A stretch of 37,663 nt of DNA from an uncultured archaeon (lineage in GTDB: Archaea > Aenigmatarchaeota > Aenigmatarchaeia > CG10238-14). Below, one piece after another: positions 18,755 through 28,094 of this stretch; the first letter of the stretch is position 1; every line of letters begins with the position of its first letter. The position numbers and the translations under genes are program-made. The notes beneath the pieces were generated by a model. It had not been told where the DNA came from. It saw only the letters and a program-made list of their open reading frames with translations, and made no database searches. The stretch is from positions 1 through 37,663 of the forward strand of contig CAYMPD010000010.1 of assembly GCA_964392445.1 (NCBI GenBank). Direction: 5' to 3'.

Positions 18755-19629
18755 TGGAAAGAATACCGTTTATACCATTTCCAATGTCTTTAATGTTAAA
18801 AATAGCCAAGAAATTCAGAAGTATTGGTGTGTTTTTTTCAAAGATATCTCCAAGCACTAAAACTGATCTTATCAAAGCTGATATTGAAATAGACGCTAGA
18901 GATTATCTCACCATAGGATTTTTATCAAGTGTATTCTGGGCTTTAATTGTTCTTGGAATACTATTGATATTATCAACAATTAAGGACTTCTCCTCTCTAG
19001 TATTGTTTATAGGAGCACCTTTACTAGTTCTCTTTTCTAGTTTTTTTTATATTCAGAATTATCCCAAATTAATTATAGCAAGAAAAATAAAGAAGTTAGA
19101 CAAAAACTTGTTATTCGCATTAAGGAGTATGGAGATACAAGTGAGCTCTGGTGTTAGCTTGTTCGATAGTATTGTCTCAATATCCAAGGAAAAATATGGT
19201 CTAATCTCAGAAGAATTCAAAAGAGCGGTTAAAAAAATGAGTACTGGTAAATCTGAAATAGAAGCATTAGAAGATTTAATTTTAAAAAATCCTTCATTGT
19301 ATTTCAGAAGAATTATATGGCAAATAACTAACTCGTTAAGATCTGGAACTGACCTTTCTTCTACTTTAAAAGTTATTGTTGAAGATTTGTCTTACGAAAG
19401 GTTAATAGAAATAAGGAAATATGGCTCAGAGTTAAATCCTATGGCTATGATGTATATGATGATGGCTGTCATTTTCCCAAGTCTAGGTGTGAGTTTTCTT
19501 ATGTTATTATCCTCATTTTCCAGCATAAACTTAACCAATAATATTTTCTGGATGATATTAGGTTTTACAGCATTTTTTCAATTCATATTTGTAGGATTTA
19601 TTAAAAGTAAAAGACCCGTGATAGAATGA
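18736..19629 (+). CDS. Type II secretion system F family (TadC-like) membrane platform protein
   Basis: LLFALRSMEIQVSSG, YGLISEEF, C-terminal TM helices; follows the ATPase. Confidence 0.85.
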   Translation: MVEGCLMERIPFIPFPMSLMLKIAKKFRSIGVFFSKISPSTKTDLIKADIEIDARDYLTIGFLSSVFWALIVLGILLILSTIKDFSSLVLFIGAPLLVLFSSFFYIQNYPKLIIARKIKKLDKNLLFALRSMEIQVSSGVSLFDSIVSISKEKYGLISEEFKRAVKKMSTGKSEIEALEDLILKNPSLYFRRIIWQITNSLRSGTDLSSTLKVIVEDLSYERLIEIRKYGSELNPMAMMYMMMAVIFPSLGVSFLMLLSSFSSINLTNNIFWMILGFTAFFQFIFVGFIKSKRPVIE

Positions 19630-20654
19630 AAAAAGAAGTTTTAGAAAAAGTTGAAGATAAGGTAATAGGAAATATTTATAGGTTCGTCTATAATCAAACA
19701 CCTAAATCATACAAAAGATTCTCTGTAAATTGTTTTAAGTATGCTGACATAGATATAGCTGTTGATATTTGGTTCGGTTTTTTTATATTGTACGGAATTA
19801 TTCTGGGAATTTGTACCTTCTTTCTTATAAACGTAACTAAATGGTTTAACATTCCAATAACCCTAGCTCTATCATTCGGGGCATTTATCCTATTTGAAGT
19901 TTTTTTTCATTATTATATATTCTCAATTGGTGAAAAGAGGGGTAAAATAACTGAAGAAGTTCTACCAGATGCACTCAAACTTATGGCATCAAATATAAGA
20001 TCCGGTTTAACGCCTGACAAGGCCTTAATGTTATCTGCGAGGAAAGAATTTGGACCTTTGGAAATTCAAATAAGAAAGAGCGCTAAGAGAAGTTTATCTG
20101 GAGAATCAATTCAAGACTCATTAAAGGTTATACCAGAAAATATAAACTCAAAAGTTTTGAAAAGGACAATTAAATTGATTTCGGATGGTATTTCAAGGGG
20201 TGGGGATTTATCTAGCTTATTAGATAGTATTGCAGAAGATATCAGTAGAACAAGAATTCTTAAAAAAGAAGTAAAGGCTCAAGTGATGATGTATTCTATT
20301 TTCATATTCTTTGCAGCTGCTATTGGTGCACCCATCCTTTACTCTATTTCCTCCCATTTGGTATCAGTTATGGGGGAGCTAAGTGGAGAAATGGATGTGG
20401 ATGCAATACCAAAAACAGGTTTAATTAATTTGAGTTTGAGTAATTTTAACATAGAAGGAAGTTTTCTGAGGACTTATTCAATCATATCCCTATTAGTAAC
20501 ATCTATTTTTGGTGGACTTCTAATGGGTATACTTAAGGGGGGGACAGAAAAGGATGGTATAAAATATATTCCTACACTCGTGATAGTTAGTTTGATGGTT
20601 TATTTTCTTTCAAGAATCGTTATAGGAAATCTCTTCAGTAGTTTTATTGGTTAG
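19626..20654 (+). CDS. Type II secretion system F family (TadB/TadC-like) membrane platform protein
   Basis: LPDALKLMASNIRSGLTPDKAL, EFGPL, GGDLSSLLDSIAED; ATGA overlap with the preceding gene. Confidence 0.88.
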   Translation: MKKEVLEKVEDKVIGNIYRFVYNQTPKSYKRFSVNCFKYADIDIAVDIWFGFFILYGIILGICTFFLINVTKWFNIPITLALSFGAFILFEVFFHYYIFSIGEKRGKITEEVLPDALKLMASNIRSGLTPDKALMLSARKEFGPLEIQIRKSAKRSLSGESIQDSLKVIPENINSKVLKRTIKLISDGISRGGDLSSLLDSIAEDISRTRILKKEVKAQVMMYSIFIFFAAAIGAPILYSISSHLVSVMGELSGEMDVDAIPKTGLINLSLSNFNIEGSFLRTYSIISLLVTSIFGGLLMGILKGGTEKDGIKYIPTLVIVSLMVYFLSRIVIGNLFSSFIG

Positions 20655-20700
20655 AAAAACTTATTAATAGGAGAAAACAAATAATTCTAGAGGTCATTAA

Positions 20701-21078
20701 ATGAAAAAGAAAGGACAAGCAGCAATGGAATATTTGATGACTTATGGATGGGCTATCCTCATAATCATAGTAGTAGTAGGGGCCCTATTTGCGATGGGTG
20801 TATTCAAGACAGAGAGTTCAATAGCATGTAGTCCATGCTTCAGTGACTTTGCTTTTGTGGATTATGCCGGTGGGACATTAGTACTAACAAATGGTCCTAA
20901 TAAACTCAGTGCTATTAGTATTAATGATGGAACTATACAAACTTCAACTCCCATTGAACCAGGAGAGGAGGTAAGAATTACAGAGATAACAACTTCGGGA
21001 GACGTTGATCTAACAATAACATATAATATGACAGCTTCCGGATTGAACCACACAGATACAGCAACAATTCATAACTAA
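20701..21078 (+). CDS. Probable major pilin, EppA-type class III signal
   Basis: MKKKG|QAAMEYLMTYGWAILIIIVVVGAL; has its own BRE/TATA-like GAAAAACTTATTAA (20654-20667), a GAGGT RBS and a T-rich tract after the stop. Confidence 0.88.
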   Translation: MKKKGQAAMEYLMTYGWAILIIIVVVGALFAMGVFKTESSIACSPCFSDFAFVDYAGGTLVLTNGPNKLSAISINDGTIQTSTPIEPGEEVRITEITTSGDVDLTITYNMTASGLNHTDTATIHN

Positions 21079-21166
21079 TCCATAAGTTGAATTTTTTTAT
21101 TTTCCTTATTTTTGTTTAAGGGTTATTAGAGAAATTGTTTAATTCTTAAAAGTTAAAATAATTTTC

Positions 21167-21607
21167 ATGAGAAAGGTTGTTATTGGAATAGGAAATCCCT
21201 TGAAGAAGGATGATAATATTGGAAATGTTGTTGTTGAAGAATTTAAGAAAAAAATTAAAGATGATAATGTTCTTTTTATACTCGCCGAGACAAACCCTGA
21301 GAATTTTCTAGGTAAAGTAAAGTCATTTGATCCCAAGGTTATTTACTTTGTTGATGCCGTGGAGTTTGATGGTGAAGTGGGCGAAGTTAAAGTTTTTTCT
21401 ATAGATGACGTTCTTAATCAAAGCTTATCTACTCATGGTATATCTGTCAGAATTTTCAAAGATTTTTTTCCTGGTGCCAAGATTTATGTTATTGGAATCA
21501 AACCTGAAAGGATAAGTTATGGTGAGAACTTGGGTTTAAAATTAAGAGAAAAATTAAATAAAATAATCGAGGATGTAGAGAGTCTAATAAATTCATCCCA
21601 TGTCTAG
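21167..21607 (+). CDS. hycI: [NiFe]-hydrogenase maturation endopeptidase
   Basis: GIGNPLKKDDNIG, ETNPEN, FVDAV, STHG. Confidence 0.88.
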   Translation: MRKVVIGIGNPLKKDDNIGNVVVEEFKKKIKDDNVLFILAETNPENFLGKVKSFDPKVIYFVDAVEFDGEVGEVKVFSIDDVLNQSLSTHGISVRIFKDFFPGAKIYVIGIKPERISYGENLGLKLREKLNKIIEDVESLINSSHV

Positions 21608-21609
21608 CC

Positions 21610-23073
21610 TTAATCAATATCTATCTGGGCTCTCTGTAATTTTCCAGAATAATCAACGTAAACTGTTTTTGTTTCTGAAAACTCGTCTAATGCTTCCCAA
21701 CCTCCCTCTCGTGTTCCATTACCTGTATCCTTAACACCACCAAACGGAAGATGAACCTCTGATCCGATCGTACTCGCATTCACATAAGTAAGCCCAGCTT
21801 CAATTTTTTCAATCGCTTTGAAAGCCTTATTAACATCTTGTGTGTATATTGAGGAAGACAATCCATATTTAATTGAATTCATAGTCTCAATCGCTTCTTC
21901 AAGATTTTTAACATCTATTACTGAAACTGTTGGTCCAAATATCTCTTCCTGAGCTATTTGCATATCTGTTGTAACCTCGGTGAAAATTGTTGGTTGATAA
22001 AAGTATCCTTTTCCCCCAATTTTCCTACCACCATAAAAAAGCTCAGCCCCTTCTTTCAATCCAATTTGAGTATAACTATCAACCTTCTCAACAGCTTTTT
22101 GATTAACTAAAGGACCAACATCTGTGTCTTTCTTTAAACCATTACCTAATTTCAATTTCTGTGTTCTCTCGAGAAACATATCCAAAAAATTTTCCTTGAT
22201 TTTTTCATGCAGAATAACCCTTGAAGCTGCGGTACATCTTTGACCTGTTGTGCCAAAACTTCCCCAAATAACACCATCCAAAGCCAAATCCAAATTAGCA
22301 TCATCCATGATTATAATTCCGTTCTTACCTCCTAGTTCTAATCCAACTTTTTTGAGTCCGGCTTTTTTTGCAATTTTCAATCCTACCTCTCGAGATCCAG
22401 TAAATGATAATGCTTGAACCTTGGGATTGGTTACTATTTCATCTCCCACAGTTGATCCTGGTCCTGTGACTAAGTTAACAACACCTTTTGGTAAACCAGC
22501 TTCTTCAAGAATTTTAACAAACTCTATCGCGCATAACGGGGTATCAGATGCAGGTTTGAAAACAATAGTATTACCACAAATCAACGCAGGAGTAATTTTC
22601 CATGAAGGTATTGCCACAGGAAAATTCCAAGGACTTATTAATCCAACTACACCTAATGGTCGACGAACAGTCATACAGAATTTATCTGGTAATTCGGATG
22701 GAGTTGTGTGTCCAAATAATCTTCTTCCTTCTCCTGCCATATATGCTGTCATGTCAATTGCTTCCTGAACATCCCCCAATCCTTCCGAAAGAACCTTCCC
22801 CATTTCTTTTGTTACTAATTCACCTAGTTTTTGTTTATTTTTCTTAAGTAATTGATAAGCTTTAAAAAGAATTTCTCCCCTTCTTGGAGCAGAATAACTA
22901 GACCATTTTTCAAACGCGTCTTCGGCAGCATCTATAGCTGCTCTCACATCTTCTCGGTTTCCTTTTTGGAATTTCCCTAAAGCCTCTTCGGTTGCAGGAT
23001 TTACACTTTCAAATGTCTCTCCAGATTCAGATTCCACCCATTTGCCATTAATAAGGATTTTGTGAGTTGTCAT
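21610..23073 (-). CDS. NAD(P)-dependent aldehyde dehydrogenase
   Basis: ISPWNFP, KPAS, FTGS, catalytic LELGGKN and GQRCTA, EEIFGP, PFGGVK. Confidence 0.93.
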   Translation of the reverse strand: MTTHKILINGKWVESESGETFESVNPATEEALGKFQKGNREDVRAAIDAAEDAFEKWSSYSAPRRGEILFKAYQLLKKNKQKLGELVTKEMGKVLSEGLGDVQEAIDMTAYMAGEGRRLFGHTTPSELPDKFCMTVRRPLGVVGLISPWNFPVAIPSWKITPALICGNTIVFKPASDTPLCAIEFVKILEEAGLPKGVVNLVTGPGSTVGDEIVTNPKVQALSFTGSREVGLKIAKKAGLKKVGLELGGKNGIIIMDDANLDLALDGVIWGSFGTTGQRCTAASRVILHEKIKENFLDMFLERTQKLKLGNGLKKDTDVGPLVNQKAVEKVDSYTQIGLKEGAELFYGGRKIGGKGYFYQPTIFTEVTTDMQIAQEEIFGPTVSVIDVKNLEEAIETMNSIKYGLSSSIYTQDVNKAFKAIEKIEAGLTYVNASTIGSEVHLPFGGVKDTGNGTREGGWEALDEFSETKTVYVDYSGKLQRAQIDID

Positions 23074-23115
23074 ATAATCACCTAGATAATAATTGGGAGA
23101 ACTTGGTATTATTTT

Positions 23116-23499
23116 TTAATGTGATTTATTCTTATTAGTCGAATCTTTTGATTTTTCATTAGAATTTAATTCTTCCATTATCTCTTTTACTGAATTTTTT
23201 AACTTCGGTATCTTATTAGTGACAATATCCCAAACGATTTCTAGATTAACTCCAAAATACTCGTGAATAAGGATATCTCTCATTCCAGCAATCTTTTTCC
23301 ATTCAAGATCAGGATACTTCTCTCTTATATTTCGGGGAAGATTCTTTACGGCTTCTCCTATTACTTCAAGATTTCTAATAACTGCATCAATTATCATATT
23401 GTCTTTGTTAAATTCTATCTGAGGAATTCCCTCTGTATAATCTTCGATTTTCTTTATAGCATCCAAAATATCATCTAAATATAACTTATAATCCCTTGA
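23116..23499 (-). CDS. HEPN RNase toxin (DUF86/HepT-like)
   Basis: RX4HXY motif RDILIHEY. Start taken as MSRDYKLYL (23499), overlapping the MNT stop. Confidence 0.88.
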   Translation of the reverse strand, partial: SRDYKLYLDDILDAIKKIEDYTEGIPQIEFNKDNMIIDAVIRNLEVIGEAVKNLPRNIREKYPDLEWKKIAGMRDILIHEYFGVNLEIVWDIVTNKIPKLKNSVKEIMEELNSNEKSKDSTNKNKSH

Positions 23500-23800
23500 C
23501 ATAAACAGCTTCCTCTTTAACATATTTCAACGCAGGTTTCAAATTATCCCCAACGACTAAATCAACCTTTCTACGAAATAATCTTTCCAATAAAAACTTC
23601 AGTTCCATGTAATTGTCAAATGTTGGTTTATCAAACATAACGAGAAAATCCATGTCACTTTTTTTGTGTTGTGTTCCTCTTAAGAATGACCCAAATAAAC
23701 CTAACTTCTTTACACCATGTTTCTTAATATCTCTTCTATGATTTTCAAGGATCTCTATGACTTTTGATTTAGTCAATTCTTCATCTGATTTTTTTACCAT
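23486..23800 (-). CDS. Minimal nucleotidyltransferase antitoxin (MntA-like)
   Basis: GSX10DXD motif GSFLRGTQHKKSDMD, KVDLV; GAGGT RBS; directly upstream of the HEPN gene. Confidence 0.88.
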   Translation of the reverse strand: MVKKSDEELTKSKVIEILENHRRDIKKHGVKKLGLFGSFLRGTQHKKSDMDFLVMFDKPTFDNYMELKFLLERLFRRKVDLVVGDNLKPALKYVKEEAVYVKGL

Positions 23801-23892
23801 TTTAAATGACCTCTCCTTAATTTATAGTAATATTTTAAGATTTTAATGCTTATTAATTATACACTCCATCCAATTTGATACTAAAGAATATC

Positions 23893-24267
23893 TTATTCCA
23901 TTCTACTTACCAATTTTTCCTTATCCTTATCAGCCAACTCAAACTTGCTCGTGAACCAAATACAATCAACAGGACAAACATCCTCACATAGACCACAACG
24001 AATACATTTACCAACGTCAATCTTATGAATGGGGTGAACTATTTTTTGGTGTTCAACTCCTCTTACTCTGAACTTTTTCTTTCTCCAAGTTAATGTAATC
24101 GCATCCGAAGGACATATTGCTCTACATAAACCACAGCCAATACACTCCTTCTTATCGAAAGTAATTTCTCCCCTAAATCTATCTTGTGTATCAATCTCCT
24201 CTTTAGGGTAATTCTTAGTAGAGGGTTTCTTAAACAGATTTTTTAATGCTTCTATTTTGATTCCCAT
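23893..24267 (-). CDS. 2x[4Fe-4S] subunit of a group 4 hydrogenase (EchF/MbhN/NuoI-like)
   Basis: CIGCGLCRAICP and CIRCGLCEDVCP; N-terminal KKPSTKNYP...RFRG. Confidence 0.9.
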   Translation of the reverse strand: MGIKIEALKNLFKKPSTKNYPKEEIDTQDRFRGEITFDKKECIGCGLCRAICPSDAITLTWRKKKFRVRGVEHQKIVHPIHKIDVGKCIRCGLCEDVCPVDCIWFTSKFELADKDKEKLVSRME

Positions 24268-25149
24268 TTACCACACCACAAAATGTATTCTGATAAATTC
24301 TGCAACCGCTATCATCAAAACAATAATTAGCCAATTAAAAGTCTGATCTGTTCTGTATCTAGCACTCGTCGCCTCACTGAATAACAAAATAAAGAAGGTT
24401 AAAATAAACAATAAAACAAAAGTCAAAGGACTAGTAGGATTAAATAAAAATCTAACTAAAAGTAGAATGAAAAACAAAAACTTCAGTTGTCTTGAAAGTT
24501 CTATGAATCCCAAACCTTTACCACTATATTCTGTTTCCACACTTCCCATTATCTCCGGTTCTGCTTCAGCAGTATCAAACGGTGTTATTCTTGTCTCGAC
24601 CAAAGTAATTATGACTAAACATAAACTCCCTAGCGGCAACTTAAGTACCAACCAATTCTGCTTTAATTGCTCTAAAGACAAGACATCAACATAAACAAAA
24701 AAAGTGAATAGAACTACTACGAGACCGACCTCGTAGCATATCATCAGCAACATGTCCCTCATAGATCCAAACACCCCAAAAGGTGAATTGGAAACTAAAC
24801 CCATCAAAATATACAAAGCACTACTTAAGATAATTATGTAAACGAAGAGAATGAAATCGAATTGGAAATGAATGATTCCTAGTATAAACAAAAATAAAGA
24901 ATAAGTAGAAATAAAATGAAGGAAGGGGATTATCCTGAAAAACAAACTCTTATAACCCCTTGAATCACTATCTTCTTTTTTAAACAATTTAATTACATCA
25001 TAGAAGGGTTGTAATATCGACGGACCCATTCTATTCTGCATCCTTGCCAACATTTTCCGAAAGATACCATCCACTAGCAAAGCTATCGGAAGTATTATCA
25101 GCATTCTAATGATGGTGATCACAATACTTATGTAAAAATTCATGTTCAT
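24268..25149 (-). CDS. Membrane anchor subunit (EchB/MbhM/NuoH-like)
   Basis: RKMLARMQNRMGP, QPFYDVIKLFKKE, TPFDTAEAEPEI, ETEYSG. Confidence 0.9.
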   Translation of the reverse strand: MNMNFYISIVITIIRMLIILPIALLVDGIFRKMLARMQNRMGPSILQPFYDVIKLFKKEDSDSRGYKSLFFRIIPFLHFISTYSLFLFILGIIHFQFDFILFVYIIILSSALYILMGLVSNSPFGVFGSMRDMLLMICYEVGLVVVLFTFFVYVDVLSLEQLKQNWLVLKLPLGSLCLVIITLVETRITPFDTAEAEPEIMGSVETEYSGKGLGFIELSRQLKFLFFILLLVRFLFNPTSPLTFVLLFILTFFILLFSEATSARYRTDQTFNWLIIVLMIAVAEFIRIHFVVW

Positions 25150-26263
25150 CTAAAACCTCTCTTTTTTTATCTTTAACAACAATTACTCTTTCCATACATG
25201 AAAAACATGGATCAAGTGAATGGAGTATGACTGGGACGTCGCCAATAGGTCTGTTCTCGAGTAAAACTGGTAAAATGTTTATCACCGCAAAGGTTGGTGT
25301 TCTTATTTTGGCTCTATCAACCTTGTTTTCCTTGATAATTGTGAAGTAAAAATTCTCTCCTCTCGGTGCTTCAACTTGGGATGTTGACATTCCCTCTTTG
25401 ACATAAACTAACTTAGGTTTAGGTATCTTTTGTTCGGGTAGATTTTTCATCAGTTGTCTTATTATCTTTATTGATTCGAATATTTCTTTTAGTCTGACCA
25501 TTAATCTGGCATAAGCATCTCCTTTTTTATCCATAATAACATCAAAATCGATATCAGCGAAAGCGTCATAGGGATGCTTGTCTCTTATATCATTATTGAA
25601 CCCAGAAGCTCTGGCATTAGGACCTACCAAACAAAATCTTTTTGCTCTTTGTTTTGAGATTATTCCAACATCAACCAATCTTTCCTTAGTTACTTCATTC
25701 TTCTTGATTATACCCGTGTATTTGGTAAATTGTTTTTCAAGTAGATCCATTTTCTCGATGATGAAAGTTATGTCTTGTTTTCTTAAATCGTACTTGACTG
25801 TTTTTGGTTTGTTTATAGCGTGATGTACCCTTCCACCTGCGACCCTTTCAAAAGTCTCAAGAATGTGCTCACGATCCCTTAGCAAATACTGGAACATGGT
25901 CTCAAAACCAAACTCATGGAACATAAACCCCATCCAAAGCATGTGGGACTGGATTCTTTCTAACTCTGTAACCAATGTCCTGATGAACTTAACCCTCTTC
26001 GGGGCATCATAATTCAACATTTTTTCTATACTCTGATTGAAACCATTACTATGACAAAATGAGCAAATACCACATATTCTCTGAGCTATGTACAAAGCCT
26101 GTTCTATTTTTTTACCTTCCAAAAGATGTTCTACCCCTTTGTGGACATATCCTAATTGGAGTTTAGCTGTTCGGATTATGTTTCCATCTAGGTTTAACTG
26201 GACACAAGTTGGTTCCTTTATTGACGGATTAACTGGGCCTATTGGTAATGAAAAGTCATGCAT
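25106..26263 (-). CDS. Group 4 [NiFe]-hydrogenase large subunit
   Basis: All four Ni ligands are present: L1 RICGIC and L2 DPCFSC, followed by ER and a C-terminal extension (typical HycI cleavage after Arg); GYVHKGVE, EAPRGE. Confidence 0.92.
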   Translation of the reverse strand: MHDFSLPIGPVNPSIKEPTCVQLNLDGNIIRTAKLQLGYVHKGVEHLLEGKKIEQALYIAQRICGICSFCHSNGFNQSIEKMLNYDAPKRVKFIRTLVTELERIQSHMLWMGFMFHEFGFETMFQYLLRDREHILETFERVAGGRVHHAINKPKTVKYDLRKQDITFIIEKMDLLEKQFTKYTGIIKKNEVTKERLVDVGIISKQRAKRFCLVGPNARASGFNNDIRDKHPYDAFADIDFDVIMDKKGDAYARLMVRLKEIFESIKIIRQLMKNLPEQKIPKPKLVYVKEGMSTSQVEAPRGENFYFTIIKENKVDRAKIRTPTFAVINILPVLLENRPIGDVPVILHSLDPCFSCMERVIVVKDKKREVLDEHEFLHKYCDHHH

Positions 26264-26621
26264 AATTATGTTCCCTCTTTTTCTTTATTAGCGGTGGTTT
26301 CCCCTTAAAATCCTCTGGTAAAAACAATTTCTCATGTAAATTAGGATTACCTTCAAACTCTATACCAAAGAAATCATGTGTCTCTCTCTCGTACAATTCA
26401 GCCGAAGGAAATTGAAAGACAACAGTTGGCATTTTAGGGTTATCTTTTGGTATAACAAACCTCAAAGCTTCAACATCATCCTTGTCATCAAAATGATAGT
26501 AAACCGAGAACTCTTTACCCTCGTCCACCCCAGCTATGGCTATCAGTCTTCTATTTTTCCTTTTTTCCATTTCTTTTTCAAAATCCTTAAGCTTTAATTT
26601 TTTTACCTTTATCTGCACCAC
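26256..26621 (-). CDS. EchD/MbhK/NuoC-like subunit
   Basis: SAELYERETHDFFGIEFEGNPN...LFLP. Confidence 0.88.
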   Translation of the reverse strand: MVQIKVKKLKLKDFEKEMEKRKNRRLIAIAGVDEGKEFSVYYHFDDKDDVEALRFVIPKDNPKMPTVVFQFPSAELYERETHDFFGIEFEGNPNLHEKLFLPEDFKGKPPLIKKKREHNYA

Positions 26622-27006
26622 CTAATAATTTAACAACCCCATACACAATCGCTTCAGTAATCGGAGGACAACCAGGAATATACATATCAACTGGAATAAC
26701 CTCATCAACTGTTTGTTTGGTATTATAACCATCCTTAAAAACACATCTTGATATCGCACAATTGCCAACAGCTATAACTTTTTTTTCTTTTGGTGTTTGA
26801 TCATAAATTCTTTTTAATGTGTGTTTTGTTTTTTCATTTGTGGGACCTGTTACCAGGAGTATATCAGCATGTCTTGCACTTGGTTTTAATTGTACACCGA
26901 ACCTTTCCACGTCGTACTTAGGAGTAATTAGAGGTAGGCAAGAAATTGCACAGCCATTGCATCCCGAGCAGTTTATGAGACTTACCCATGGAGATTTTTT
27001 AATCAT
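26587..27006 (-). CDS. Group 4 hydrogenase small subunit (EchC/MbhJ/NuoB-like)
   Basis: CNGC, ARHADILLVTGP, VGNCA, IPGCPP. The ATG at 27006 is preferred over the TTG at 27012. Confidence 0.92.
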   Translation of the reverse strand: MIKKSPWVSLINCSGCNGCAISCLPLITPKYDVERFGVQLKPSARHADILLVTGPTNEKTKHTLKRIYDQTPKEKKVIAVGNCAISRCVFKDGYNTKQTVDEVIPVDMYIPGCPPITEAIVYGVVKLLGGADKGKKIKA

Positions 27007-27008
27007 CG

Positions 27009-27155
27009 TCAAACTAACACCACCACTAGTAAAAACAATATTGCTAAAACTAAGTAAAGTAATCTTTTACTGAAAAACATATCGAAATCTTTTGGTAAAA
27101 CCTCATTCTGTTTGTAATCCTCTCCTCCCAAATATGTCGTCTTTTTCTTTCTCAT
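27009..27155 (-). CDS. 48-aa single-TM hydrogenase micro-subunit, absent from the ORF track
   Basis: MRKKKTTYLGGEDYKQNEVLPKDFDMFFSKRLLYLVLAILFLLVVVLV*. The ATG directly follows the upstream TAA, and its TGA ends 2 nt before the small-subunit ATG. Confidence 0.75.
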   Translation of the reverse strand: MRKKKTTYLGGEDYKQNEVLPKDFDMFFSKRLLYLVLAILFLLVVVLV

Positions 27156-28061
27156 TTATCCCACCCAACTAAGTATCCAATATTGTAATTGTGAAAATAA
27201 ACCTAATACTATACAAGTGAAGGTTAGAACTACTGCTATACCATTCAACAACCAAGGACTTTTTTCTTTGACTTTACTATCTCCCACCGAAAGTACATAA
27301 ACTACTTTAAAGTACATCACAAATAGAAGCAATGCTAAGAATATTCCAAAGATAGTTATGACGGGTGAAATCAGGAATGCTTTCTGGAATAATAACCATT
27401 CACTCACAAACATGTTCAACCCTGGAACTCCCGCCAAAGATAATGCTGCAATGCTAGCACAAACAGTTATTAATGAATTCCTGTAATTGGATCCCCGAAG
27501 TTGGGTTATTCTTGTTCGTCTGTTATCCTTTGATAAAATTCCTATGGTTAAAAAAAGCAATGAGCCCGCAAAAGTGTAATTGAAAATTTGGATAGTCCCC
27601 AACTGCATTATCTTACCACCAACACTTGCAACAGTTAAATCAAGAAACACAAACAAAGTCTGAATAAAATTAGAAATAATCAAGTATTTTTCAAGATCAT
27701 CCTCAAATATTCCCTGAATAGTAAGATAACACATCAGAATCAGTGTGGAAATAATTATCAAAGTACTATGTTCGAGGAAATTGTACAAGAAGAAATTGAA
27801 AAGAAAATACGCAAAAACGATTGAACCTATCATCGAGAAGGTGACCAACTGTGTGTAAGAAGTTTGTTTGGCGAAGAGCAGTGAATATAGCAAAAGACTT
27901 AGTCCCAAAGCAGATGCATACCATTCCTGGCGGACGATAAAAAGAAAGGAAACCAGAATCAGGAAGACAAATATCCCATCCCAAGATTTGTTGTAATAAC
28001 AGTAAGCAAGCATAGTAAAGGCAAATACTAACAAAAGTGCGGTGAAAAATCCAGCTAACAT
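27156..28061 (-). CDS. Shortened antiporter-like proton-translocating subunit (EchA/MbhH/NuoL family)
   Basis: EDDLEKYLIISN (like QxDLKRLLAYS), LLFLTIG, SLAGVPGLNMFVSEW; only 301 aa. Confidence 0.8.
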   Translation of the reverse strand: MLAGFFTALLLVFAFTMLAYCYYNKSWDGIFVFLILVSFLFIVRQEWYASALGLSLLLYSLLFAKQTSYTQLVTFSMIGSIVFAYFLFNFFLYNFLEHSTLIIISTLILMCYLTIQGIFEDDLEKYLIISNFIQTLFVFLDLTVASVGGKIMQLGTIQIFNYTFAGSLLFLTIGILSKDNRRTRITQLRGSNYRNSLITVCASIAALSLAGVPGLNMFVSEWLLFQKAFLISPVITIFGIFLALLLFVMYFKVVYVLSVGDSKVKEKSPWLLNGIAVVLTFTCIVLGLFSQLQYWILSWVG

Positions 28062-28094
28062 TGGTTATCAAACTTAATTTAAGTTTTCCTTAAC

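Noticed and set aside
23893-28061. The operon as complex I (Nuo) or a sulfane reductase (Mbx/MBS) rather than a hydrogenase
   Set aside because: The large subunit retains all four Ni-binding cysteines and a cleavable tail, and hycI is nearby.
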